Below, piece after piece: positions 1 through 9,326 of a DNA stretch of 37,178 nt (position 1 is its first letter; each line of letters starts with the position of its first letter). The position numbers and the translations under genes are program-made. Below the pieces are notes generated by a model. The model was given only the letters and a program-made list of their open reading frames with translations, was not told the origin of the DNA and ran no database searches. This stretch comes from Chthoniobacteraceae bacterium (GTDB lineage: Bacteria > Verrucomicrobiota > Verrucomicrobiia > Chthoniobacterales > Chthoniobacteraceae): the NCBI GenBank assembly GCA_031409335.1, contig JANNWY010000030.1, positions 1 through 37,178 on the forward strand, written 5' to 3'.

Positions 1-760
1 GCGTCTGTTTGAGGCGCTGTTTGTCGAATCGAACGCGGGCGCGAAGGCGTCGGAACGCGAGCGCCTGTCGAACCGGGCGAGCGTGCTCGATGCGTTGCGC
101 GAGTCGGCGAAGCAACTCGGCGGCAATCTGGATGCGGCGGATCGCGGCAAGCTCGATCAATATCTGACCTCGGTGCGCGATGTGGAGCGGCGACTGAAAA
201 TGTCCGAGGCATGGCTGGAAAAGCCGAAGCCGAAGTCGCCCATCGACCCGGTGAAGGATGAGGAGCGGATGCAGATCGAGGAGATCCCGCTGTTTCTGGA
301 TCTGATGACGCTCGCGCTGCAGACGGATTCGACGCGCGTGGCGACCTTTGAAGTCCCGCTTCAGTTCCACACCAACGACCTCGATGTCGGCAGCTATCAC
401 GGGCTGTCGCATCACAGCAAGCAGGAGGGTCTGCTCACCCAGTTGCAGGTCGTGGAGAAATATCTCATGACGCAGTTCGCGCACCTGTTCGGGAAATTGA
501 AGGAAGCGGGATTGATGGACAGCACGCTCGTGGTGATCGGCAGCGGCATGGGCAATGCCTCGAACCATTCGAATCGTGACTTGCCGGTGCTGCTCGCGGG
601 CGGCGGCATCAAGCATCAGGGCCACGTCGTGTGCCCGGCGGAGGAGCGGAAGCGCATTCAGCTATCCAATCTCTGGCTGTCCACGCTCCAGTGGTTCGGC
701 GTGGAGCGCGAGCGCTTCGGGCGCAGCACGGGGACGTTTACGCCGATGAAGATTGGCTGA
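1..760 (+). CDS. DUF1552 (HXXSHH) domain protein, 5'-truncated by the window edge
   Basis: The frame is open from base 2 (RLFEALFVES...). It contains SVLD, KLDQYLTSVRDVERR, LALQTDSTRVAT, YHGLSHH, GSGMGNASNHSNRDLPVLLAGG and ERFGRSTG, which are typical DUF1552 motifs. It is adjacent to a DUF1592-type gene. Confidence 0.9.
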   Translation, partial: RLFEALFVESNAGAKASERERLSNRASVLDALRESAKQLGGNLDAADRGKLDQYLTSVRDVERRLKMSEAWLEKPKPKSPIDPVKDEERMQIEEIPLFLDLMTLALQTDSTRVATFEVPLQFHTNDLDVGSYHGLSHHSKQEGLLTQLQVVEKYLMTQFAHLFGKLKEAGLMDSTLVVIGSGMGNASNHSNRDLPVLLAGGGIKHQGHVVCPAEERKRIQLSNLWLSTLQWFGVERERFGRSTGTFTPMKIG

Positions 761-769
761 GGAATAAGG

Positions 770-926
770 TCTCACGCAGAGGCGCTGAGACGCAGAGGAA
801 GAACCACTCATTCACTAGCTACTCACATGAACTTGCATCGCTCTTATCAGCGCATCGTCCGCCGCGTGACGCTTGCGGCATTGATCATCATCCCATCGCT
901 CTGCGTCTCCGCGCCTCTGCGTGAGA
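770..926. repeat. Long-spaced inverted repeat: 28-bp arms (770-797 and 899-926), 101-nt spacer
   Basis: TCTCACGCAGAGGCGCTGAGACGCAGAG (770-797) matches the reverse complement of CTCTGCGTCTCCGCGCCTCTGCGTGAGA (899-926) at 27/28 positions. Each arm is built from ~9-nt CGCAGAG-type units. Confidence 0.9.
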
Positions 927-3313
927 ATTTCCTGAAGGACTACTGCATCAAGTGCCACGGGCCGGAAAAGCAGAAGGGGGACCGGCGCTTCGACGTGCTT
1001 ACGCCCACCATCAAGACTCCCGACGACGCGTTGGCGTGGCAGGAGATTCTCGATCAGCTCAACAAGGGAGAGATGCCGCCGAAGAAGGAGAAGCAGCCGC
1101 AGACGGCGGAACTGCTCGCGGCCGTGGATGCGATCACGGAATCCATCGGCGAGGCTGCGCTGCGTTTCAAAGGCACGGCAGCTCATACCGTGCTGCGCCG
1201 GCTGAACAGCTACGAATACCAGCAGACCATCGGCGACTTGCTGGGATTGAACGTGGCGGGGTGGAATCCCGCCGCCGATTTCCCGCCGGAAACGCGCGTG
1301 AACGGCTTTGACAACAATGCCGGCGCGCAGGTGACCTGCGGGATGTTGCTCGATCACTACTTTGTCGCCGCCGATGAGACCATCGAGCGCGCGACGGCAT
1401 TTGGCGCGAAACCGGAGATGAAGACCTACGTGCAGAAGTCGCCGTTCTACTTCGAAGGCAAGGCAACACGTGACCTGCCCAAGCTTTTTCAAACCGACCG
1501 CTACCGCTGGATTTCGGACAAGGGCTACGACGATCTCGTCGCACGGCATTATCGCGGCGGGCACATCGGATTTGAGCCGATGGCGCGCGGTGGCGCACCG
1601 CAGAGCGGACGTTACACCATCCGCATCCAGGCCGCGGCCATCGATCGCACGCATTCCTATGACTTCCTGAAGGACTTCCGCAACGGCGATCCGATCGTGA
1701 TGGAACTCGCCGCCGTGAATCGCGAGGGGAGCGTCGAGAGCACGGGCAACATCACCACACAGCGCACGCTCGCGTTGGTGGAACTCACCAGCGATAAGCC
1801 GCAGTGGTTCGAGTGGACTGTCGATCTCGACCGCGGCGAGGAACCGGAGGTCCGCTTTCGCAATGGCGCGCCTGCGGCCAAGGGACTGGCGTTCAAGTTG
1901 AGCAAAAACGTCAAAGGGCATCCCGAACTGGAAGCTGTTGCAAAGCTGAAGCTGGGAAAGGGCGAACTCGCTTTGGCGATGCTCAAGGCCTATCGCGGTC
2001 CGAAGCTCCGCATCTGGGAGATGCAGGTCAAAGGTCCGCAACTCGATCAGTGGCCGACGCGTGGTCACACCTTGCTCTATGGCAAGCTCACACCGGATCA
2101 GATAAGTCGCGCCAACATCCCCGAGCGTCTGCGCATTTTTGCCGCGACAGCGTTCCGGCGTCCTTTGCGTTCCGGCGAACTGACCCCGATCGAGAAGCTG
2201 GTCGCAGCAAAACTAGATGCCGGAATGAATCCGATGGCCGCACTGCAACTCGGCTTTGAGACCATCCTCTGCTCGCCCGCATTCCTCCACCTGCACGAGG
2301 GCACCGGCAAGCTGAATGACTACGCGCTGGCATCACGCCTGTCCTATTTCTTCTGGTCCTCCATTCCGGACCAGACGCTCTACCAGCTCGCCGCTGCTGG
2401 CAAACTGCACGAGCCCGCCACGCTCAGCGCGCAGGTGGATCGCATGCTCGCCGACCCGAAGTCGCAGCGCTTCATGCAGAACTTCATCCGCCTCTGGCTC
2501 AACCTCGATCACATCGGCGAGATGCCGGTCTCCACCGACTTCGTCAGCTTCTTCCGCGACAACATCGACGACGCCATGCGCGCCGAGACCGAGATGTTCT
2601 TCCGCCACATCCTCGACAAAAATCTGCCGCCGCGCGAATTCCTCGCCGCGAACTACACCTTCGTGAATCGCGAACTCGCGCTGCACTACGGCCTGCCGCC
2701 GGTAGAAGGCGTGCAGCTCCGCCAGGTGTCGCTGCCCAAAGGCGAGCGCGGCGGCCTGCTCACCCAAGCCTCATTCCTCACCGCCTCCGCGAATGGCGTG
2801 GACACCTCGCCCGTCGTGCGCGGCGTCTATGTGCAGGAGAAACTCCTCGGCTACACGCCGCCACCACCGCCGCCCGACGTCCCGCTCATCGAGCCCGACG
2901 CCAGCGGCGCCACCAACATCCGCGAGCAACTCGCCAAACATCGCACGATCGAAACCTGCGCCTCCTGCCATCGCAAGATCGACCCCTTCGGCTTCGCGCT
3001 GGAGAATTTCGACGCCATCGGCGGCTGGCGCGCGAACTACGCGAAAGATCAAAAGATCGACCCCACCGGCGCGCTGCCCACCGGCGAGAAATTCACCGGC
3101 GTCACCGACTTTCGCAGCCTGCTCATCGCGCGGCACGAGCAATTCACCCGCGCGCTCACGGACAAACTCCTCACCTACGCCCTCGGCCGCGCACCTGAGT
3201 TCACCGACCGCGCCGTGATCGACGGAATCATGAAAAACCTCTCGGCCAACAAAGGCGGATTCAAGGATCTCATCCGCGCCGTGGTGCTCAGTGAATCCTT
3301 CGGGAAGAACTGA
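827..3313 (+). CDS. Planctomycete-type cytochrome c / DUF1587-1595-1592-1588-1585 (PSD) domain protein
   Basis: Signal peptide, CIKCH and CASCH heme motifs, GEMPP, LRRLN..EY..TI.DLLG, LASRLSYFFWSS.PD, TSPVVRG and GFALENFDAIG.WR. Confidence 0.92.
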   Translation: MNLHRSYQRIVRRVTLAALIIIPSLCVSAPLRENFLKDYCIKCHGPEKQKGDRRFDVLTPTIKTPDDALAWQEILDQLNKGEMPPKKEKQPQTAELLAAVDAITESIGEAALRFKGTAAHTVLRRLNSYEYQQTIGDLLGLNVAGWNPAADFPPETRVNGFDNNAGAQVTCGMLLDHYFVAADETIERATAFGAKPEMKTYVQKSPFYFEGKATRDLPKLFQTDRYRWISDKGYDDLVARHYRGGHIGFEPMARGGAPQSGRYTIRIQAAAIDRTHSYDFLKDFRNGDPIVMELAAVNREGSVESTGNITTQRTLALVELTSDKPQWFEWTVDLDRGEEPEVRFRNGAPAAKGLAFKLSKNVKGHPELEAVAKLKLGKGELALAMLKAYRGPKLRIWEMQVKGPQLDQWPTRGHTLLYGKLTPDQISRANIPERLRIFAATAFRRPLRSGELTPIEKLVAAKLDAGMNPMAALQLGFETILCSPAFLHLHEGTGKLNDYALASRLSYFFWSSIPDQTLYQLAAAGKLHEPATLSAQVDRMLADPKSQRFMQNFIRLWLNLDHIGEMPVSTDFVSFFRDNIDDAMRAETEMFFRHILDKNLPPREFLAANYTFVNRELALHYGLPPVEGVQLRQVSLPKGERGGLLTQASFLTASANGVDTSPVVRGVYVQEKLLGYTPPPPPPDVPLIEPDASGATNIREQLAKHRTIETCASCHRKIDPFGFALENFDAIGGWRANYAKDQKIDPTGALPTGEKFTGVTDFRSLLIARHEQFTRALTDKLLTYALGRAPEFTDRAVIDGIMKNLSANKGGFKDLIRAVVLSESFGKN

Positions 3314-3324
3314 GTTCACATCTC

Positions 3325-3667
3325 ATGAACATCGCCCGCCGTTTCTTCCTGAAGCTCTTCCCGCTGCTGGTGTGGCGTGGCCCCTCCCTGCTGTCTGCCG
3401 AATCCAAGCCGCTCCGCAGGAGAACCAGCTTGACCGGCAGCGAGTCCTTCATTCGCGAAGGCCAATGGAAACTGCGTCACCCCACGCGCAAGAAAAATGG
3501 CGAAGTCGAACTCTACGACGATTGGGAAACCAGTAAAATCTACCTCGATTTGAATCCATCCATCCCGCCTTCTTCCTGACCTTCGCTGATTTTACAGAAA
3601 CATTCTTGCGCCGCCGGTCGCCACGCTGCCAAAGGAATACCTCAAGACCAAAGACAAGGATGAATGA
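3325..3667 (+). pseudogene. Internally deleted, Tat-signal sulfatase remnant
   Basis: MNIARRFFLK (Tat-like) runs almost directly into FIREGQWKLRHPTRKKNGEVELYD, a sulfatase C-terminal R.G.WKL...ELYD motif. A plausible C-terminus (VATLPKEYLKTKDKDE*) follows in another frame at 3617-3667. The catalytic CxPxR region is absent. Confidence 0.6.
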
Positions 3668-3674
3668 GATCGCC

Positions 3675-3785
3675 ATGACACGCACCGTCGGCACCACCAG
3701 TGCGCAGCTCACCAGCCTCACCGACGTGCTGGCGGAGATACCGGGCGCAGATGGCAAGCCGTTTCCCGTTGCATCCTTGCTATGA
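3675..3785 (+). pseudogene. Short sulfatase internal fragment
   Basis: Encodes VGTTSAQLTSLTDVLA, which resembles the sulfatase 'G..S..L.SL.D...T' segment. No other part of the gene is present. Confidence 0.4.
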
Positions 3786-4918
3786 AATACATCCTCACAC
3801 TCGTCGCCGCACTGTTGCTGACTCCAGTTGCAGCCCTTTGTGGCAGACGCTCGGAAGCAAATACGGACAGCAATGCCCCTATCGTGGGTGCCATCCGTTG
3901 GGATGCTTGGTATGGCGATGGGGGCGCGACGAAGGCTCTGGAGGCATCGCTCGGGCAGCCGAAGTATCATTTTCGCCTTCCGTGGTTCGCGCGTGTCCTC
4001 GGCGAGGATAAGGTGAGCATCAACGGTGACTCGCAGGCCGTCGTGGAGCAGGAGATTGATTATGCGGCGAAGGCGGGGCTGAACTATTGGGCCTTCCTCG
4101 ATTACTGCGATGAAGCTTCGGACATGCACATCGCATTGAATCGCTACAGGGCTGCGAAGGATAAGAAGAGGATTCGCTATTGCTTCGTCGAGGAAGGTCC
4201 GCGCTTGGACGGCGTAGGCACCGCAGCCTGGAAACGGCTCGTGGAGCACTTTCGGCATCCTGATTACCAAACCGTGCTCGATGGTCGCCCGCTCGTGTTT
4301 ATGTTTGTGAAAACCGAGAAACTCGCCAAGGCCGAGTGGGATGAGTTGAAACGCCAGACCATCGCTGCTGGCTTGAAGGCACCGTATCTCGTGCTCATGG
4401 GCTGGAATCCCGAGCAGGACGCGAAAGACATGGCTGCGCTCGGTTTTGATGCCATCTCCGCCTACGCGCGCGGCGGCAGCTACAGCATGACGCAGCCGAG
4501 TTACGCCGAGCAATGCGCGCTCGTTCGTCGCGACCGCTGGGAGAAATGCCGCGCCCTCCGCATCCCGAGCGTGACCTTCGCCAGTGCCGGTTGGGACACG
4601 CGCCCACGCAATGAACGCCCGCCGCCGTGGTGCACATGGGTCACCGCGACACCGGATAAGACACCACCTGCGCAGCAAAATCCGCTCTTAGATTCCGTGA
4701 CCGCCACGCTCGACGAACTCGCCGCCCACATCCGTGAGGCGCTCGAATGGACGAAAGCCAATCGCGACCTCAATCCCGCCAACGCCGTCATCATCTACGG
4801 CTGGAACGAGAACGACGAAGGCGGCTGGCTCCTGCCCACACTCGGCACCGATGGCCGGCCGGACGAGACACGCATCAACGCGGTGGGGAATGCACTCCTG
4901 CCTCGTGGGCGACGTTGA
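3782..4918 (+). CDS. Secreted glycoside hydrolase, GH99-like/WbsX-like TIM barrel
   Basis: Signal peptide, EQEIDYAAKAGLNYWAF, Y..LDGRPLVF, GWDTRPR and IIYGWNENDEGGWL, matching the WNE..EG motif of GH99-like/WbsX/GH71-related proteins. Confidence 0.7.
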   Translation: MKYILTLVAALLLTPVAALCGRRSEANTDSNAPIVGAIRWDAWYGDGGATKALEASLGQPKYHFRLPWFARVLGEDKVSINGDSQAVVEQEIDYAAKAGLNYWAFLDYCDEASDMHIALNRYRAAKDKKRIRYCFVEEGPRLDGVGTAAWKRLVEHFRHPDYQTVLDGRPLVFMFVKTEKLAKAEWDELKRQTIAAGLKAPYLVLMGWNPEQDAKDMAALGFDAISAYARGGSYSMTQPSYAEQCALVRRDRWEKCRALRIPSVTFASAGWDTRPRNERPPPWCTWVTATPDKTPPAQQNPLLDSVTATLDELAAHIREALEWTKANRDLNPANAVIIYGWNENDEGGWLLPTLGTDGRPDETRINAVGNALLPRGRR

Positions 4919-5094
4919 TACGCGCGCCACGCTATGTTGGCGCTGAACGCGATTACCGCATTTGCAACCGCCTTCCCCTCCGCCAGTCTCGCTTCCATGC
5001 TGACGCAGGAAATCAACACAAGGAACCGGGGCGCACTGCCCAAGACGGCAACGATGCCAGCAAAGCCATGACGGCCTCATTCGGCGTTTCCCGC

Positions 5095-5170
5095 GACGCG
5101 ACCTGCGGCTCCGGCGGCAGGTTTGTGCAGTCTGGAAAATTCGGCGAATCCCGTGGCGACAAACTGCGCT
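5095..5170 (+). pseudogene. Fragment of a type I restriction-modification methyltransferase (HsdM motif I region)
   Basis: DATCGSGGRFVQSGKFGESRGDKL resembles the HsdM SAM-binding segment DPxCGSGGMFVQSxKFVExHGG. The rest of the gene is missing. Confidence 0.6.
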
Positions 5171-5208
5171 TCGATTCGGACAACGCTCTGAAATTCTCCC
5201 ACAACCAA

Positions 5209-5358
5209 ATGCCCGCGCCCACCAACAACTCCGGCCTGCGCGACAACCGCATCAGGGGAACGGTCGCCGACTTCCTACGAACTAAGACGCAGGGCGGTTT
5301 GAAGCTCTCCATCTTCTCCACTTACGTCACGGTGTACGCCTATGACGCGCTCAAGGAT
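5209..5358 (+). pseudogene. N-terminal fragment of a PLD-like/SNF2 helicase-related protein
   Basis: MPAPTNNSGLRDNRIRGTVADFLRTKTQGGLKLSIFSTYVTVYAYDALKD resembles the 'DN..RG.V.DFL......LS..SAYFTIYAY..LK' N-terminus of RM-associated helicases. Similarity stops after about 50 codons. Confidence 0.55.
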
Positions 5359-5560
5359 GCCCGATGTGTAACTCTACGATCTAAGCGCGGAAATCGGTGA
5401 GAGGAAGAACGTGCAGGTCGAGCATCGCGACATCGTCGAGTGGCTCACAAAACTGCTCGAACAAACGATCGCCAACGGTCGCAGCACACTCGGCCGGAAG
5501 CAGGCGAACGACGTGCCGATCGTCGTGAACAAGGCGAACGTCGCAGCTTCGAAGGAATAG
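5357..5560 (+). pseudogene. C-terminal fragment of an arylsulfatase
   Basis: PDV*LYDLSAEIGERKNVQVEHRDIVEWLTKLLEQTIANGRSTLG..QAND matches the sulfatase C-terminal LYDL..D.GE..N....P..V..L...GRSTPG pattern. An in-frame TAA at 5369-5371 sits where Q is expected. Confidence 0.7.
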
Positions 5561-5563
5561 TTG

Positions 5564-5855
5564 ATGAAACACATCCGCACACTCCTCACCGCCCTGCTGG
5601 CCGGACTGGATGCCGCTGACGAAGCGGCAAGGAGTCGCTGGCATTGAACGCACGGCGAAGGGGCGGCTGTGGGTGTCGTGGCGGCAGAGCGCGAACATGG
5701 AAGATGACCGCATCGGCGTGTGTGCCATCGTGACCTCCGACCCGGATGCCGCGGAGCCAAAGTGGTCGGCACCGCGACGCCCCGGCGATGACATCATGAT
5801 GAACAAACCCACGGTGTTGAAAAAACGGCGGATGGCTGCTTCCTGCCCCGGTTAG
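5564..5855 (+). pseudogene. Frameshifted and deleted BNR/sialidase-family remnant
   Basis: A signal-like MKHIRTLLTALLAG is followed in another frame by QGVAGIERTAKGRLWVSW and DPDAAEPKWSAPRR..D.IMMNKPTVL. NGGWLLPA follows after a further frameshift in the A-run near 5820. Confidence 0.65.
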
Positions 5856-6033
5856 GAAATCGGACGCGCGCCTTGGACTGCGATGGGAAGCGTCAGCGCC
5901 ACACCGCTTTCGGAGTGCTCCGCGGGTGGTTGTGTGCGACTCTTGAATCCGGGCCAACATTCGGAGCGTACCCGAACGCACGGACATGGAGTTTCGCGAC
6001 CGCCAGTGAACTCCAGTCGAGCCTCACAGACTT

Positions 6034-7332
6034 ATGAAAACAATCACAGCACTGCTCAAATCCCAAGCCTGCGCCCTCACCTTTGCGGTGACGGCGCTTT
6101 TTGCTCAACAGCCTCTCGAGGGATCTGAGAAGGCGGTCGCTTCTTTTGGAAACGATGACGCATTGAAATCGTGGACATCGGTGAATGACGGGGTGATGGG
6201 CGGAGTCTCCAAAGGCGGATTCAAGCGCTCCGAGCAAGGGACGCTCCTTTTCAGCGGGGAGCTTTCGCTCGCGAACAATGGCGGTTTTGCATCCATCCGA
6301 ATGAAGCAGAGCGACCTCGGATTGGCGGGGATGTCCGCAATCGTCGTGAAAACGAAGGGTGATGGCCGGACGTATTGGTTGGATTTGCGCGTTGTGGATC
6401 AAATGAGCGCAACCTCCTATCGGGCTACTCTTCCCACGACCGCAGGCGAATGGAAGGAGACGCGTGTGCCGTTCGAGGATTTCAAGTTGCAAGCCTTCGG
6501 ACGCGACCTTCCATATAAGGCGATTGATCCAGCCTCGATCGCCTCCGTCGGATTCACGCTGGCAGACAAGAAGGAAGGTCCGTTCGCCTTGGAAATTGAG
6601 TATGTGAAAGCTACTGGCGACGCCGCGCCTGCTGCCGGAAATGGCGGGCAAACCATCGTGGAAATCGCGAAGGCTGCCGGTCGCTTCAAAACGCTCCTCG
6701 CAGCAGCAACGGTCGCGGAGCTTGCCAGTGTGCTTTCGGGCGAAGGGCCGCTGACTGTCCTCGCGCCGACCGACGAGGCCTTTGCAAAGCTGCCCGCGGG
6801 CACCGTGGATTCGCTCTTGCGTCCGGAAAGTCGCGACCAGCTCGTGGCGATTCTCAAAAATCACGTAATCGCCGGTCGGGTGACTCTCGCCAAGGCGCTC
6901 GATGCACGCGAGGCCGCGTCATTGCAGGGGTCGAAAATCGCGTTCAAATTTGAAGACGGGCGCGTCCTCGTTGGGGACGCCGCATTGGTGAAAGCCGACA
7001 TCGCGGCATCCAACGGGATCATCCATGTCATCGACCAAGTCTTGATCCCCGCCAAGACGGCGACTGGGCCGCTGAAGGCGACTGGGTTGATCGAACTGGC
7101 CGTCGAACGCGGTGTGCCGATTTTTAACAACGGCGATGTCGCCGGATGCGCCGCGATCTATGAGATCACGAGTGAAGCACTGCTGGCCATGGGAGACGTT
7201 CCGGAAGAATCCCGCAAAGTGCTGGCCAAGGCGCTCAAAGCAGCGCGCGCGGAAACATCCGCCCGGCAGCGAGCTTGGATACTGCGCGGCGCGATCGACA
7301 TTACCATGGCAAGTCTGATCGAGACGAAATAG
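6034..7332 (+). CDS. CIA30-family + fasciclin (FAS1) domain secreted protein
   Basis: CIA30 motifs WTSVNDGVMGGVS, LSLANNGGFASIR and GDGRTY; FAS1 motifs FKTLLAA, TVLAPTDEAFAKLP and DI.ASNGIIHVIDQVLIP; plus an extra helical C-terminal domain. Confidence 0.92.
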   Translation: MKTITALLKSQACALTFAVTALFAQQPLEGSEKAVASFGNDDALKSWTSVNDGVMGGVSKGGFKRSEQGTLLFSGELSLANNGGFASIRMKQSDLGLAGMSAIVVKTKGDGRTYWLDLRVVDQMSATSYRATLPTTAGEWKETRVPFEDFKLQAFGRDLPYKAIDPASIASVGFTLADKKEGPFALEIEYVKATGDAAPAAGNGGQTIVEIAKAAGRFKTLLAAATVAELASVLSGEGPLTVLAPTDEAFAKLPAGTVDSLLRPESRDQLVAILKNHVIAGRVTLAKALDAREAASLQGSKIAFKFEDGRVLVGDAALVKADIAASNGIIHVIDQVLIPAKTATGPLKATGLIELAVERGVPIFNNGDVAGCAAIYEITSEALLAMGDVPEESRKVLAKALKAARAETSARQRAWILRGAIDITMASLIETK

Positions 7333-7571
7333 GGCGGTATCGATTCATGAGGCTCACTGGCACCGGGCGCCTCATCGCAGGGACGTGTGCTTGTCCCAAC
7401 ACGTCAGAGATGTCTTTCCGATAGGAAATTGCTTTCGCGCGACCCATATTGCGCTGCCCCTACGGGAATCCTTGGACTCCGCAAAGGCCGCGCCAGCCTT
7501 GAGCGCGGAACTGAAGGCGTACAAACAGAATAGGGTCAAACCAGCCAAAGCTCACGCATCCACATTTCACC

Positions 7572-8984
7572 ATGAAGCTCATCTGCCTACTCACCCTTGT
7601 TGCCATCATCTGCGGCCAATCCCACGCCGCAGACCGGAAGCCCAACTTCCTTTTCATTTACGCGGACGATCATCGCTGGGATGCAGTGGGTGCGGTGCAG
7701 CGGGAGCAGGGCGAGCGGGCGCGGTTTCCGTGGTTTAAGTCGCCGGGTATGGACCGGCTTGCGGCTGAGGGTGTGCGGTTTCGCAATGCTTTCGTCACGC
7801 TATCGCTGTGCGCGCCGAGCCGCGCGGCGTTTCTCACGGGGCGCTACAATCACGCCAACGGCATCACCAATAACGGCACGCCATTTCCTGCGGAGAGCGT
7901 TACGCACGCGTCGCTGCTGCGCGCCGCCGGATACAAGACGGCCTACATCGGCAAATGGCACATGGGCAATCAGCGCGGACAGCGGCCCGGCTTTGACTAC
8001 TCGGCCAGCTACACGGGGCATGGACGCTATCAGGATTGCCCGTTTGAAATAGACGGCACCTCCGCGCCGACGAAGGGCTGGGTGGACGATGTGGCCGCCG
8101 ACTTCGCCATTGAGTTTATGAAGCAGAACAAGGAGCGCCCGTTCTCCGTCGTCCTCGGTTTCAAAAGCCCGCACGGCCCGCGCGGCGGCAACAATCTCCC
8201 GGAGCGTCTGCGCGGCCTGCACGCGCGAGAGACCACGCGCCCGACGCCAAACTGCGGCGTGCCCGCCATCTTCCACAAGCCCGCCGCAGACGGCAAAAAT
8301 CCCACCGGCCTTGCCGACAACGCCATTCACCTCGACTACCTGCGGCACATCAGCGGCGTGGATGAAAACATCGGCAAACTGCTCGCCGCTCTCGACACGC
8401 TCGGCCTCGCGGAAGACACCGTGGTCGTCTATACGAGCGACAATGGCTACTACCTCGGCGAGCACAACTCCGGCGACAAACGCTCGCTCTACGAGGAGTC
8501 GCTTCGCATCCCGCTCCTCGTCCGCTATCCGCGCCTCTTTGGCAAAGGAGCCACGGTGGATGACATGGTGCTCAACGTGGACCTCGCGCCCACCTTCCTC
8601 GACCTCGCAGGCGTGCCCGCGCCGCCGGAGATGCAGGGCGAAAGCTGGAAGGACATCGCCGCAGGCCGCAAGCCAGCGACATGGCGCACGTCGTTCTTCG
8701 CCGAATACTACAAGGAACTCGGCGACGTGCCGACCTGCTATGCCATTCGCACCACGACTCACAAGCTGGTCAAATATCCTAATCTCCCCGAGTTCACCGA
8801 AGTCTTCGACCTCACTGCCGACCCATACGAAATCAAGAACCTGGCATCGGACATCGTCCTCACCGCGAGGCTCAATGCTGAGCTAGACCAACTCATGAAA
8901 ACGGTGAACTACACCGTGCCCGCGGACGCAAACAAGGCACGCGAAGCCACACGCCCACCGAAAGAAGAAGCACCGGCGCAGTGA
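7572..8984 (+). CDS. Formylglycine-dependent sulfatase (S1)
   Basis: Signal peptide, PNFLFIYADD, CAPSRAAFLTG (CxPxR), GYKTAYIGKWH, YTSDNG and DKRSLYEESLRIP. Confidence 0.96.
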   Translation: MKLICLLTLVAIICGQSHAADRKPNFLFIYADDHRWDAVGAVQREQGERARFPWFKSPGMDRLAAEGVRFRNAFVTLSLCAPSRAAFLTGRYNHANGITNNGTPFPAESVTHASLLRAAGYKTAYIGKWHMGNQRGQRPGFDYSASYTGHGRYQDCPFEIDGTSAPTKGWVDDVAADFAIEFMKQNKERPFSVVLGFKSPHGPRGGNNLPERLRGLHARETTRPTPNCGVPAIFHKPAADGKNPTGLADNAIHLDYLRHISGVDENIGKLLAALDTLGLAEDTVVVYTSDNGYYLGEHNSGDKRSLYEESLRIPLLVRYPRLFGKGATVDDMVLNVDLAPTFLDLAGVPAPPEMQGESWKDIAAGRKPATWRTSFFAEYYKELGDVPTCYAIRTTTHKLVKYPNLPEFTEVFDLTADPYEIKNLASDIVLTARLNAELDQLMKTVNYTVPADANKAREATRPPKEEAPAQ

Positions 8985-8991
8985 CTTCACG

Positions 8992-9180
8992 ATGAAAACG
9001 CGGCTCGGCATCGCCCTACTTCGGTTGACAGCGCTTCAGGGAAAGCTCGGAGCGCGGCTCAAGGCGCGGGCGCCCTGGGTGCAGTCATATCAGAAAAGAC
9101 CGGCTGGCCGCTGGCTTCAGCAAACGCTGGCACCAAATATTGCTCTTCCTTCTTGCGTGACAGAGGAAGATTCAGATTGA
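8992..9180 (+). CDS. Short hypothetical ORF, possibly a remnant
   Basis: The ATG is 7 nt after the sulfatase stop and the start is signal-like (MKTRLGIALL). No family was recognised. Confidence 0.25.
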   Translation: MKTRLGIALLRLTALQGKLGARLKARAPWVQSYQKRPAGRWLQQTLAPNIALPSCVTEEDSD

Positions 9181-9326
9181 GAGGAAGGGGAGGGGAATTA
9201 AAACAGGCTGCGGTCTGTTCCTGTCTGGGTTTTAGAAATGCAGGTTGGCGCTTTGAACGAAAGGAGATGGCATGAGCCAAGCTGAAATGGAGGCAGCTTG
9301 TGCTATGTTGCACTCGCAGACAGAGA

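Noticed and set aside
7333..7571. ORF 7385-7738 or a remnant between the CIA30-fasciclin and sulfatase genes
   Set aside because: It overlaps the sulfatase start out of frame and has no recognisable family.
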